In this document: positions 1 to 12,899 of the stretch, piece after piece
Layout of the letters: each line of letters opens with the position of its first letter
Numbering within the stretch: the stretch's first letter is position 1
NCBI GenBank assembly: GCA_001938485.1
Contig: MQRK01216488.1
Coordinates: 1-54,079 of the forward strand
Source: Girardia tigrina
Lineage: Eukaryota
Direction: 5' to 3'
DNA: 54,079 nt
Program-made: the position numbers and the translations under genes
The notes under the pieces: model-generated
Database searches by the model: none
Told to the model about the DNA's origin: nothing
What the model saw: the letters and a program-made list of their open reading frames with translations, nothing else

Positions 1-19
1 AACAATTATTATTGCTGAG

Positions 20-490
20 TTACATTGTTTAATAAACGCTATATGAAAATTCCACTGTTCAATAAAAGTTATATAAAAATAACACATATACAATAATAAC
101 ATTACACTGTTCAATAAAATTAACATATATATAAAAATAACATTACACTGTTCGTTAAAAGTTATATAAAAATTGTATATATATATATTGTATATATGTA
201 ATTTTTATATAACTTATACTGAACAGTGTAATGTTATTATTGTATATATGTCATTGTTATATAACTTTTATTGAACAGTGTAATTTTCATATAGCGTTTA
301 TTAAACAGTGTAATGTAATTTTTATATAACTTTTACTGAACAGTGTAATGTTATTATTGTATATATATATATATATATGATTTTTATATAACTTTTATTG
401 AACAGTGTAATGTTATTATTGTTTAGATGTTATTTTTATATAACTTTTATTGAACAGTATAATGTTATTATTGTATATATGTAATTTTTA
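20..490. repeat. AT-rich ~55-60 bp unit repeated in tandem, with the array switching orientation near 180-190 (fold-back/MITE-like)
   Basis: ttacactgttcaataaaagttatataaaa-type units at ~20-170, then reverse-complement units ttttatataacttttattgaacagtgtaa at ~200-470. Confidence 0.75.
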
Positions 491-2838
491 TGTAATTTTT
501 AAAAAAAAATTAAAACAACATTCTGTCCTGACTGATTCCCATACTCATTATTATTATCTTTGACAGATTATACGCCTAATTAGGATTCTTTGGTTAGAGG
601 CATGTAAACACAATCTTCTTAATATTTAAAAATAAATTCTTAGTCTGTCTATTTTTTGTAGCTAATTTGAATAATCAAATATTGTTAATTACTCATATTG
701 TTTTAAATTTATCTTCAAAGTGTGGAAACACGGAATTTTTGCAGTAGTGTATCGTGTATTATAACATAATGTAAAAACATAGTATGTATTTCTAACTTCC
801 CAATCTCCCCTTAAACTACAACTATGACAACAAGTCGATCGCGACACATTTTTAAGAAAAAAAGTCGATCTTACGTACACTAAAGTTGGGCAGCACTGGG
901 ATATATTGTATTTAATCCTAGAAGTAAATTAATATTTTGATATCGTAATTTTATGTAATTAATATGTTACATGTGACAATTATCCTGTTCATCTATTAAT
1001 TCTATGTGGTCTAATATATTTTATTTGATAATTATCCTATTCATTTATTAATTCTGTGTGGTTCAATATATTTTACTTCACGATTATTCTATTCCTTTAT
1101 TAATTTCTTTATTTATTCGACTTTATTAATAGTGTACCTCGAGTTTATTAATAACGTACATCTTTCGTTTACCGGCAGTGGGGTATCCGTATGAAAGGCA
1201 ACGACGACCCCTACATTGAATCTTTCGGGGGGTGGGGGAGTTTGATGGCGCCGTAATACTCCCTAGATTATTTGAACCATATATGCGAGCACGAAGCGAT
1301 GGGACTTTAACAGTAGGGAAAGGGGTGACATCTATATGTTTGTAAAAAAAATTTGTAAAAAAATTTTGGCGATTATGATGATTATTTGTGTTATAGATAT
1401 CGATATTTTTCTATTAAAAGTTTTGTTATTTTTTTAAATTTGTTTGACAATTTTCTATTCATTCGTGAATTGTAGAATCGATTAGCTACTAAAATTTAAT
1501 GACCATCCCAGCTACAACTATTGATGCGCAACTGCTTGTGCCAAAATCAACTCGGCACCACTCCAAGTTAAGTGTCGAGGTAGTCCCCAAGGTGTAATTG
1601 GAATGTAGCATTGTACATATTTTGTATAGACTATGCCTTTCAAACGTACACCTGTCTTAATTCAACCTTAACGGCTTTACGATTAGAGTTTGTATATCGA
1701 GAGAGGTAGTCTTTATTAGCATTAGTTAGAAATTAATTAATTATAAATTATTTAAGTATAAATTATTTTATTTAAACCATATGTACATAAAGATTAATCT
1801 ATGGAAAACGATTGAAATATTAATTAGGATGGAATAAGTCAACTGACGGAAAGTAACCGGATTGGGTTAATAAATGTAGCTCAATTATTTTGTTTCATCT
1901 TTTGTTTATTAATTCAGTTCGATGCGAATGAAATTTTTAAGTAACCGTATCTCGATTATAATAAATACCTCTAATAAATTTTACTGAATTAGATTTCTTT
2001 TAATTAATTTCTCCGTTTATTTTGAATATATTTGTAAACGATGATCCTAGTCGCGCGAGATAACTAATTCGATTTTTCGACGAAAGTAAACGAGTTTGAT
2101 TTCTTAGCAATGATTGTGTTCGATGCATCGACAACCTATTATTTAAAGATGATTTTGTTCGAATAATTTTAAGTAATGTTACTGCACTTCCTTTTCATTT
2201 AGTTTTATTAGTATTTGTTGTGGTGTCGTGGTGTTTAAAACATGTAAACATATCTTGGGAAACTGAGTCGTTTGGCTTTGAGCCCCCAGGTTATCGGTAA
2301 CCAACCATAAAACAATATCATACTAATACAACCTCTGCATGTATATTTTAATTCCTGCTGTCTCAATATCTATGACCACAACTTGCCTCTCGCCCAGCAT
2401 ACCATCTGCACGCAGTGATAAGTGATGAGGACCTTCCAGGTTCCAGATCTACACAGGTTTAAGACCAGATAGACCAGATCAGCCCTAATGGGTATGATGT
2501 GATGTTAGATTAAAACGATTTTCATTAATGTAGTAACCCCATGATGTGTTGTGTCGACCCCAACTACTGTCTGTTACATTTTACTATGTTGAACCCCCTT
2601 AGCAGGTATAATAGCTATGACAACATTTCATCTTTTATTATTTTAATCATTATAAAACTATTTACAAAAGTATGGGCTCGAATACCCTAACGTAAATCCT
2701 CCATTCATGTATATGATTTTAGTGTCAAGATAAAGAGTTATAGAAGAAAGAAATGCTAACAAAATTTTAAACTAATCAGTGCATGCAATATTTTATAAAC
2801 AACACATCAACAACCCATATAAAACTCATATAAAAATT

Positions 2839-3267
2839 TTATTTCGAAAAACATTTAACTACATTATCTATGCTCTTACGGAGACTTTGTCGTTTTCGTC
2901 TATTGACATAATCCTCTCCGCGATAATCCGCGATACACCATTGAGTGCCTAAGGTGCGCGACTCTTTCCCTTCGTCGACCCTTAACTTTTCCCTCATGCG
3001 AATCTGCAACTGCTCAGAGTATAATCGCTCGAGCTCTCGTATGCGACTCTCCATTGCTACGCCTCGTCTCACTACGCGAGCGTATTCATCAGGCTCGATG
3101 GAGGCTTCCTTAGTAACCTTTAACTTCATCGATAAGCGCTCCACACTATCTGGCAGATTCAATATTTCTTGGCGATCTGTTGCCCTGGCTTTCTTTAATA
3201 CTCTGTTCTCTTGCTGTAATTTCTCAATTGTTCTCTTAGCTTCTTGCAATTCTATTTCTTGTATCAT
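2839..3267 (-). CDS. Small coiled-coil protein of unknown function (probable retroelement accessory ORF)
   Basis: 142-aa ORF with E/K/R-rich heptads; TTTTAG immediately precedes the ATG; AATAAA overlaps the stop. Confidence 0.55.
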   Translation of the reverse strand: MIQEIELQEAKRTIEKLQQENRVLKKARATDRQEILNLPDSVERLSMKLKVTKEASIEPDEYARVVRRGVAMESRIRELERLYSEQLQIRMREKLRVDEGKESRTLGTQWCIADYRGEDYVNRRKRQSLRKSIDNVVKCFSK

Positions 3268-3667
3268 CTAAAATTATAACGGTTAAAATACGAGTTGTTG
3301 ATTTATTATTTAAGCCTTATTCTACGTGAGCGGTCATGAAAGATAGCAGTCGGATTCCGAAACTGCCTTCCGGTATGAATTCTTGAGCTTTGTTGTCACT
3401 CAGAGACTTCATAAACCGGGGAATTATTCTGGCCGCGCTAAAACGCATGCCGGAACCAGCCTTCAAGAATTTTAATGAAATGATTTTAGGTGTTGCCCTA
3501 CCCGAGGGTATTCGAGCTGAATTAAATCATAAAAAAAAATAAATTTTTGTGAAATATCTATAATTGTAAAATAAAATAGTTAGACATAATTAATAACAAC
3601 AAAAAGAAACATAATTAATAATCGGGTGACCGACCGCTTCGGTAAAATAAATTCAAATGTTCGGAAC

Positions 3668-3703
3668 CCGAGAGAGAAAGTAATCCATTACTTTCTCTCT
3701 CGG
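3668..3703. repeat. Perfect 17-bp inverted repeat (hairpin/cruciform)
   Basis: ccgagagagaaagtaat-cc-attactttctctctcgg. Confidence 0.9.
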
Positions 3704-6700
3704 ACGCGAAAATTCTAACAATACCAACCTAATAGATTTTTCCAAGAGTTGTCTCAAAATTAAGTGTTTTAGTGCGATTTTTAAATCTCAAATTTTAAGT
3801 GTGAATTTTGTCAAAAACTGTTCAGTATTTATACTAGGATTTCAGTCTAAAACTGTCGCGTGTTGAATCTTTATTGGTCCACGTCGAGTTCCAAAACGCT
3901 GGATCCAATTCTGTTAAAGCACGTCACTTCCAAATTTAGTGACTGCCAATTTTAGCAACTTTTAGAAAATCTGTATCATGATGATTCAGCGATTTTCTAA
4001 GTTTAAAAGTACGTTTGTTTTATTTTTTGTTTTAATTTTAGTAATTTTATCATTTTTTCCAGCCTGTTTCCGGACCTTCGGATTGCTCTTGTTTTACCAG
4101 ACCAAATGTATCCCATCGGTGACGATGTCCTGCGCGCGCACTTCAAACCGCGTTATCGGATTCCAACGCAAAGTAAGTTATATTCGCCTTTTCCGTTTGA
4201 CCTTTAACTTTTTATATATTTTAATTCGTTTTTTACCTCACGGAGCCAGCATAATGCATCGGCCCGCCTCTGTGACGATCCGGAGGAGAGTTGAGGATAT
4301 ATTTATTGATTATATTCATGTAAATTTGACTTTAACTCTTTCTGGAAATTTTTGATTTTTAGGTAAAATTTTCGATTTTATTTTTCAGAATTTTTGGTAA
4401 TTGTATCTCTCGTTAATCCTTACGTTAATTGATTATGCGTTTTGAATTATTTTATGATTTGGTTGATATTCGTTATGTGCGTAATTTCTTCGGATTTTAT
4501 TTTTCACCTCAATTTTCGTCGGATTTTCGTGCGGAGTTCGATTATTTCCGTTAATCTGTTTATTTCCGATTTTTGGTGATTTTTTCAGATTTTTTCCGCA
4601 TCTAATTCATTCTGTTTGATATATTTCCAATTTATAATTTATTGCGGCTTCGATGGATATTAATTATTATTATGTTTTTGCAGCTTTTTACGTCGCTCCA
4701 GATCGATTGGAATTTATTTCCGTGGCGTCCGCATAATATTGGACTCATTGATTGATTATTTTGAATGATTTTCGATTTAATTGATTTTTATGTTTCTTTT
4801 CCTATTTTTCTATTTTCGCTGCATATTTTTTCATGATTTCTATTCCATAATTTTTATCATAATTTTTACAAATTTTCTCTGCTCTGATCGATCGATTTTC
4901 ATTCATATTTACGTTTTTTGATCACAATATTGCAGTAAAATACAATTTTATTAATTTTCAATTATTTTCATTCGAAATCTTGATTGATTAGTATTGATTA
5001 TAATGTTTTCGCATCTTGTTGATTTTTCTACGATTTTTCCGATTATTTTATGAATTCGTCTTCATTTTGTGAGATTTTCATCGTTATTTCTCTATTTGGC
5101 GATGTTCCAATTTATACTATTTTGTATTGACTCGCTTATTTCTCTCATTTTTCGATGCGATGATCTTTTATTATCTGTTGGTGTTTTACGAGTATTTTCA
5201 TGATTTTTCCGACTATTTTACTCGTTTATTTCATCCAAAACCGTTAATTAATCGTTCTTTATTTATTATTTTTACTTCGATTTTGCTATTTTTCTGCGAA
5301 TTCTTAACGGATTTTCGTAATTTTTGTTTTGTTTTGCTCGTAAAATTATTTGGGAATTTGTCATTATTTTTGCGGATTTTTATCTATTCATTTGCGCGCG
5401 TTATTCTGATTTTATCGATTATTTGTCTGTAATTATTTACTGTTCCGCCAATATTTACACTTTTTATCCCATTTATATTCATTTTAGCACTTTTTATTGC
5501 TGATTTGTTACAATTCTTATGCTTTTTGTGTGATTTCTCTTGTTATGTTTTATACTAAATTTTGATTCTAACGCAACATATTCTACAAAATCTGAGAATG
5601 TTTTGATTTAAATATTCTGTGGTTATTAATCTATACAATTTTATATAACTTATATAATTTCCGGAACAAAAAGTGCTGAGTATTAGTTGAAGGACCAAAA
5701 TTTTGGTGATTAAGGAGAAGATTCTACTTATCGAGTCCTTTTGACAAATTGAAATGAATGTTGCGATTAAATTACTTAGCCGTTACGAATACAGTTATCA
5801 ACTTAAATTACACTCAAGATGATTTTGTTAATAAAAGATTAATTGAATAAAGCCTGACGTTATTAGAGTAATTGTACGATCAGTATTTTGACTTGTTTAA
5901 TAGTCATTCTACAAAAGTGGACTCTGAAATACCTCCAATGATTTATGTCCCTCTAAATCTGGGTCATTCTGTTTAGCCCATCTGAGTAGACGTGTTTCTT
6001 CTTTTATCTATTCTATACATTTTTCTAATGATGACCGAAACTCAATTTATAGAATGTAAAGATAAATAAAGATTACTTAAGAAACCATAAAAGGAAAATA
6101 AATTCGTATTACTGATAATGTCAGTTGTAACCTTTAATGAGTTATAACCATGCCCTGATACTCTAAAATAAAACTATATGTAACAAATTTAAAACTGTAA
6201 ATTTTAAATTTGAAGTTAAGGGATCTACACAGTGAACTAAAATCCAAAGAGGGACTACGGTCGAAAGTTAAAGAAAGGTAAACGTCTAATGAACAATTTA
6301 CGCTGATTCGGACAATCAATTTCAAAGATATCTAAGATATGATGTCAATATTGAAGCAAAGTTAAACTTCAGTAAAATATAAAATATAGTTATGTAAGTA
6401 AAAGATTAATGGCGAGAATGAAGAACTCTTCGGAGAAGGCGCGGGTTGACTGCAGCATGCAAGGGGCACGCGGTTCGATCGTCGCCTACTCCATTGGAGC
6501 ACTCTTCCTTCCATATAATTTAAAGTGAGAACTCGTGAGTAAAATTCATAACGACAAAATTAAATTATCAACCCCTCAGAAGCTGAGACTACCAGTCGGG
6601 CCATACTCGGTAACTGGTAGAGAACCAGAAGGCGCTCCGATGCGCACACAACTTGTTGATGTGAGCAAGAGGCGCGTTGGCTCCCCAAGCTTGAATCGAA

Positions 6701-6928
6701 ATTAATTGAGTTTATAACAGAGTTGCCGTTTGACTCTAAAAGCGGATGGGGGCTCTGAGCTTTTGAAAATGTTGCTTTAAAGGGGGAGCACAACATTTTG
6801 GGGGCTCAGTCGGGATTACTGCTTTTGAGTATCCCCAAGACGAGCAAAAACCGTTTAAAATAATCCAATCAATGCAAAAATGACTTAGAAAAGGAAATTC
6901 GCGACAAAATTAAACAATTTAAATTCAG

Positions 6929-7345
6929 ATGGAGATAAATGGAGCAACAGTGAATATCGACGAGTCGAAGCCGCAACACATCAATTTTCAAGCCGTGATT
7001 GAAGACCAGGAAATCGAGGAAAGAATCGAGGCAATAACAAAGACGTTAGATGAGATACAAGGGATGATGGGACGATCGAAGAAAGCACAAGAATGTCTAC
7101 GGAAAATGAAAGAGCGGCGATGTCCACAAGAAGATGTCAAGTGCGCCAAGACAAGGATAATAAGCAGAGACCTTTCGATAATGCGGAGACTTGATAATGC
7201 CCACATGAGCATTTGCAAAATCTGCCGGAGACAATTCCTCAAATGGAGCGTGAAATTTAATCCCCAAATAGAAGAAAGAGCCCTCCGATGCCAGCAAATG
7301 AAGTGTCAGCACCGACGAGACCGTTATGATGAGCCAGATGAATGA
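6929..7345 (+). CDS. Small helical Cys-containing protein of unknown function
   Basis: 138-aa ORF with coding-like composition; TTCAG directly before the ATG; AATAAA at 7394. Confidence 0.55.
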   Translation: MEINGATVNIDESKPQHINFQAVIEDQEIEERIEAITKTLDEIQGMMGRSKKAQECLRKMKERRCPQEDVKCAKTRIISRDLSIMRRLDNAHMSICKICRRQFLKWSVKFNPQIEERALRCQQMKCQHRRDRYDEPDE

Positions 7346-7510
7346 GAACAATAATCATGACGATCATAGTATTTAATTAGTTAAAAAAAATCAAATAAAT
7401 GTATTAACGAAAGACTTTCTTTAGTTTTATTAAATTTATATATAAAATAATGAGTTAAACGTTCATAAAATCTCCATCGATAACGCTAATCGGATCAATT
7501 TCTTTTAGAA

Positions 7511-7950
7511 ATGGCTGAAATGATTGAGAGCATCCGTGAAGTAGAAAGTGACGATAAAGCCGCAGAAATAGTCGAGAAGAGTATATCCGAAGGAAGAGTC
7601 GTCAGCGCCCCTTCAACATTGAGTGGAGATGAGCTCTACCAACAAAAATAGCGGTGGAAGGCTATTTACATATGGTAGAAGAACGTCGAGTGGCACCAGC
7701 GCCAACTAAATAACAAACGGCAGAGGAGAAAAACCCTCCTCCGAAACGTATCCCAAGGTCACCATCGATATAAGCGACTGACTCGGTTGATTAATGAACA
7801 GCAGGCCTACACACAAAAGCGACAAGAGCAAATCATCCAAGAGCGAAATTCCCTGCCACCTTACGAGGGAGAAGCCCGATGACGATTAAACAAGATAGAC
7901 TGGCATTATACTTTCGATAATGACAAATACGTGTTCTTCCAACACCCTTG
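7511..7950 (+). pseudogene. Degenerate small ORF (MAEMIESIREVESDDK...), interrupted by stops
   Basis: TTTTAG at 7503-7508, ATG at 7511, premature TAG at 7649, coding-like sequence continues to ~7950; AATAAA at 7989. Confidence 0.45.
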
Positions 7951-8176
7951 ATGTGTTTCTGATGATACTACTTAACATTAAAAATAGTAATAAATAGAAC
8001 GTTTTGATAATTAGAATTTTGTTTTGCTCGTTTTAGTGTTTTGTTTGTGTTGTTCCGATTTACAATTAAAATAAAGGATTAATTATAATGATGGATCAGT
8101 TAATGGATCAATATAGCAATAATTATGCGAAATAATTTAGCAATGGTTGTACTAATCTTAAATAATTCAGGGAACA

Positions 8177-8512
8177 ATGAAAATAAATCGACAGGAACTG
8201 GTACAAAAGTTAAGAGAAACAAGAGAAACCATCCTCTTTATGACCCAGAAGAAAGGTGAACTTTTAAATACCATTGGAAAAGCCCGAGGGACGCTCCAAA
8301 GATTAGACCCGAGAGACCCGTGCCTAACTATGCTAATAAAAGAAAAGAAACATTGGATTACGAAACTCGAGGAATTAATGGCACAGTGTGACGAAAACAC
8401 AAGAATTCTACAAGCCTTAACGACAAGACACAAAAAACAATTACGGGTTTTAGAACTCCTTAACCATATTGTTATCTGTGACGAAAGTAATGAGTTCACT
8501 GTTAAATTTTAG
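8177..8512 (+). CDS. Small coiled-coil protein, paralog A
   Basis: 111-aa ORF MKINRQELVQKL...; TTCAG at 8166-8170; AATAAA at 8519; aligns by eye with the ORF at 8695. Confidence 0.6.
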   Translation: MKINRQELVQKLRETRETILFMTQKKGELLNTIGKARGTLQRLDPRDPCLTMLIKEKKHWITKLEELMAQCDENTRILQALTTRHKKQLRVLELLNHIVICDESNEFTVKF

Positions 8513-8694
8513 TATTTCAATAAATGTTTTAAATGTTTATACTGAGTATCGTTTTATAACAATTTTAACGTGAACGAATTTATTTTAGTGATATTAGTGA
8601 TAAAGGTGAAACTTGATAAATTAATTTTATATGTTGTTATTATGCTCGTCTCCGTCTTATAACTATTAACAGAGAGTGAAATATTTTAGAAGAT

Positions 8695-9004
8695 ATGAAA
8701 ATCGACCGATTACGGACGTTCAGAAAACTGGATGAAGCCAAGCAAGGGCTTCCAAAACTGCTACAAGAATTGGAAAAATTAATGGCAACAAAAGAAAGGA
8801 TACAACTCCGGTTACGAGTCCTCAGAGCACACCAGCCCTACCGGATAAAGCTCATCAGGGAAAAACAGAGATATATTTAAGGATAGTGTTAAAAGAGTTA
8901 TAGCCATTATCGAGAAGAGTCAAAAGGAGATGCGAACCTTGAGGGATGTCAACTTTAATAGATCCTTCGGTGAAACCGACAAAAGCAGTTATGAGGAAGC
9001 GTAA
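8695..9004 (+). pseudogene. Small coiled-coil protein, paralog B (frameshifted at ~8878)
   Basis: MKIDRLRTFRKL...PYRIKLIREKQRYI, then a shifted frame KDSVKRVIAIIEKSQKEMRTL...* at 9004; matches paralog A (MKINR..KL / P..LIKEK); TTTAG at 8685, AATAAA at 9017. Confidence 0.55.
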
Positions 9005-9184
9005 ATGTGATAAACAAATAAATGTATCCCCTGAAAAATATTTTTTGTTTTACAAATAAAACTTGCGGTGAGAAACGTTAATAAAGATTTCCTAAGGAAA
9101 CAAATTGTAATAAAAGGGTATATAATTGCACCAAGGAGAAAAAATTAAAAAATTTAGAAAAGAACATCGAAAATGAAAAATTTT

Positions 9185-9370
9185 GAGCCTTTGGAAGGCG
9201 AGTAAAGGATATATTTATGCCTTTATAGGGCAACTGTGGAATAAAATTGACTTAATCATGCCTATTGGAGGCGATTAAAATAAAAATTTACGTCTCATGG
9301 AGACGATTGGAAAAAACTTTTGCCTTGGAAGGCGATTAAAAGGAATGACTTATGCCTGTATGAGACGAAA
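9185..9370 (+). repeat. Six degenerate short stem-loop repeats upstream of a PPT
   Basis: gcctttggaaggcg, gcctttatagggc, gcctattggaggcg, cgtctcatggagacg, gccttggaaggcg, gcctgtatgagacg. Confidence 0.6.
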
Positions 9371-9425
9371 GTCCCTTCAAATTGGAAAAAATTGGTTCAC
9401 CGCCGAATATAAAGGTCGAGATGTT

Positions 9426-9770
9426 AAGAAAGGGATGTAAGGATCAGACCAGGTTGGGCTCCGACTCGCAGAGACGCAAACGGCCGCCCTCGTTACAATA
9501 CGGGATCGATTAGCGAGGAGTCTTTTCTTTCTTTAAAAGTGGGAATTATTTTTTTATCGTTTCGGAGAGTCCGGCGCCATCCTAAAGGGACACCGCTCGA
9601 GCGTGTATCGTTCACCCGAGGAGTTGGTGGAAACCTGGGAGAACAAACCGTTACGATACATAGACTCAAAGGAGTACGAGATTCATTGCTGAATATACTT
9701 TGAATTTTGTAAGATTTAGAAATGATTTTTAAATTCAAATTTTTACTATCGATTGATTTTAAAATAGACG
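9426..9770 (+). mobile_element. Polypurine tract and start of a 3' LTR of an LTR retrotransposon (right boundary obscured)
   Basis: AAGAAAGGGA at 9426-9435 directly followed by TGTAAGGATC and a GC-richer block; a possible TTACA end at 10984-10988 is unverified. Confidence 0.55.
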
Positions 9771-9773
9771 ATT

Positions 9774-10247
9774 TCAATTTTTGTAACCATCTGAATAAGG
9801 AACGATTAGCGTATATCCAATATTAAAATTTTCATTAGATAATTTATCGGGTTTTAATTCGTCTTTACCCTCATGTTCTTTATTTATTAATTTATCTATC
9901 GTCTCATTAGTTAATTTCTCTAAAAATGATTTCGAATAGCCATTTTTCTGCAATACTTCTGTTAGTTTAGCTATGCTTGCATCTGCTTTTTCATATGTTG
10001 ATGATAGAGACCAACACCTAAATAACAAACCCTTTATCAAACTTCTATTGTACTTAGGTTCACAGAAGCTTTTAGTAGTAGTATATAGACTTGTATCTGT
10101 TTTCTTTCTATAAATCTCTGTCTCGTAACGACTCCCTTTTCTCTCGATTAACAAATCTAAAAATAGTAAAACACCATTCTTTTCAAGCTCAACCGTGAAA
10201 ACAATATTAGAATGAAGGGAATTCATATAAGCTAAAAACGGCAACAT
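9774..10247 (-). pseudogene. Penelope-like element reverse transcriptase C-terminal fragment
   Basis: MNSLHSNIVFTVELEKNGVLLFLDLLI...TEIYRKKT...L.KNGYSKSF matches the PLE RT motif (N..H..I.FT.E.E....L.FLD...YRK.T). Confidence 0.85.
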
Positions 10248-11139
10248 GCTTTCACGCTTTGATTTTAATGGCGTTCTTAATTATAAAATTTTGCCATTAT
10301 TTTGTAAATTTCTTATTAAGAACATAATAATCGTAAAAATAATAATAATAAATTAATAATAATAAAATAATATTAATAATAATGATAAAAANNNNNNNNN
10401 NNNNNNNNNNNNNNNNNNNNNNNNNNNNNNNNNNNNNNNNNNNNNNNNNNNNNNNNNNNNNNNNNNNNNNNNNNNNNNNNNNNNNNNNNNNNNNNNNNNN
10501 NNNNNNNNNNNNNNNNNNNNNNNNNNNNNNNNNNNNNNNNNNNNNNNNNNNNNNNNNNNNNNNNNATTTTTCAAGCCTTCAACAGCTTTTTCTAACCGAC
10601 ACAGGCGTGCCCCCTTAATGAACGGGCCCTTGCTAGAGAGGAAAAACTCGTTGACAAGGTGCTAAATAAAATAATAATAATGGTTTCATATAAATATATA
10701 ATAATAATGACTAAATAATATTAATAAATTGATAATATTAAAAAAATAATCAAAATTAATAACAATAAATCTAATAAAAATCTAATAATTATAAAATAAA
10801 TAATAATAATAAAATAATAATAATATAATAATAATAATAATAATGAAATAGTTATAATTTTAATATAATAAATAATAATACTAAAATAATATTATTAATA
10901 TTGGTAATATTACTTATACAGATACAAATTATCCCTATTAACTACCTTGAGTCCCTGAGCACTGAGCTCAAACAAAAGGGAAGTTACAAAGGGATTTATC
11001 ACCACATTTTATTTTACTTATAATTTATTATTTTTTATAATTTATTTTTTTTGGAGAGTAAGGTTACTTATTTATTTATTTTTAAAAATTTTTTTTAAAT
11101 ATTTTTTTCAATTTCAGGACCTTAACAATATAAAAGTGG

Positions 11140-11605
11140 AAATCAGTCGAAAAATATTGAAATAGGTGCATTTATTGGGGCGTTGTTGACAGCTGGTCAT
11201 CTAAAATCGTCAGATGTTAGTATTGACAGATTATGGAGCAAAAGATACGGGCCTCCAATGTTTCGAACGATCATGTCCAAAAATAGATATCATGAAATTT
11301 GCCGATTTATTAGATTCGATGATAAAAATTCAAGAAATGAAAGGCGTGTCAATGATAAACTTGCACCTATCAGAGACTTGTGGGAACGAGTAAATAATAA
11401 TTTTGGAAAATTTTACATGCCATCATGTAATCTAACTGTAGACGAACAATTGTTTGGGTTTGATGGAAAGTGTGCATTCAAACAATATATGCCATCAAAA
11501 ACAGAAAAATATGGAATAAAACTATTTTGGATCAATGATTCGCAAACCGGATTTCCATTAGGAGGGATTCCATATTTAGGAAAAGAAGGAAACCAACGTG
11601 CTATC
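11140..11605 (+). pseudogene. piggyBac (PGBD-like) transposase fragment
   Basis: MSKNRYHEICRFIRFDD...DKLAPIRDLW...TVDEQLFGFDGKCAFKQYMPSKTEKYGIK; truncated on both sides. Confidence 0.9.
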
Positions 11606-12116
11606 TGTTGGGGTAATATAAAAATAAACTTTTTTCTTTCATTGTTAATTGAATTATTTATTTCTCTCACCTTATTTTATCTTGAACTCTTTGTAAATAA
11701 ATGAAAATTGTTATGTTTACTTTTTGAAATATTTTCGATTATGTGGGAATTATCATATTTGTTTTGTTATTATTTTATTATGCTTATTTATAATTTTATA
11801 TAAAATAATTTAATTTGAATATTTATTATTTATTGATTTAAAAATAATTATTATTATTATATTTTACGTGGTCGCACATATTTTTATAAGCCACGCATAT
11901 TTTGTTATAGCGCATCGTGGCCACGCATTTCTCTCGTGCGATTAGGCCACGCATCCGTCACGCTGCGACCATTTCTAATTTGTTTTTCTACGCGATTTAC
12001 TACGCAAGAACACGCAGTATAAAAATAACCGATAGAGTGCGTCAAAGTGCACATTTATAATTTTATTGCAGGTGAGGTTTTTCTCTTAAGTTGGCACATT
12101 TATAATTTTATTCCTA

Positions 12117-12249
12117 GGAAAATTTGGAAATCATTTGCATAGCGGAAAATTTAGAAATCATTTGCATAGCGGAAAATTTGGAAATCATTTGCATAGCGGA
12201 AAATTTAGAAATCATTTGTATAGCGGAAAATTTGGAAATCATTTGCATA
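12117..12249. repeat. 27-bp minisatellite, ~5 copies
   Basis: ggaaaatttggaaatcatttgcatagc repeated at 12117, 12144, 12171, 12198 and 12225. Confidence 0.95.
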
Positions 12250-12899
12250 CGATTATTGGAATATCTTAACGAACTCTGTTTTGACGAGCTTAGCACAAGG
12301 TTATTACTTACCCCTTTTAAGTTAAAGTATTTTAAATTTAATAAAATCAATAATTTAAATTTATATTAAACTAATAATCATTATTTACCAAAATACAGAA
12401 CACTTTGAAACGGTGTTTTCGAAGTGCTCTAATTACATCACACATTAGGTTATCTTCTTATATTTCATTTAAAATAAATTGTATAATATTGTTTATATTA
12501 TAAATAAATCTTATCGTCTTGCATTGTTGTTGATTAATATTAATTATTCGTTATAATTAAAACCAAGGAATATTTCATTTAATAAACTCCATAGGAGATT
12601 AAACAAATTAGTAGAAGATTTATTGTCTTCTTTTGTTAAGCACAGTAGTAGAGTAAGGGAAAGTGTTTCTCCTTTACCCGTGTCTTAACATATCAAAGCT
12701 GAATATTTCTGGAACGGAACATTTTCGAAATATGAATCAAGATGACAGAATGCTTAAAAGAAAAGTAAATTTTTATTTTCATGTGTGAGGGTAAGTTGCA
12801 AAATTTTCCCCATGTCTGCTTGGGGTATCTCAGTTGAGAAAGTAAAAAATGCTTTGAATGAATCTCTAACGAGACGAGCTTCCGTGGTTTATCACATAA

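Noticed and set aside
9774-10700. Hammerhead ribozyme expected near a Penelope element
   Set aside because: No CTGANGA...GAAA core with flanking stems found by eye; part of the region is a gap
12114-12369. ORFs with EIICIAENL/MQMISKFSA repeats; possible CRISPR-like array
   Set aside because: Contiguous 27-bp minisatellite with no spacers; no cas genes; eukaryotic context
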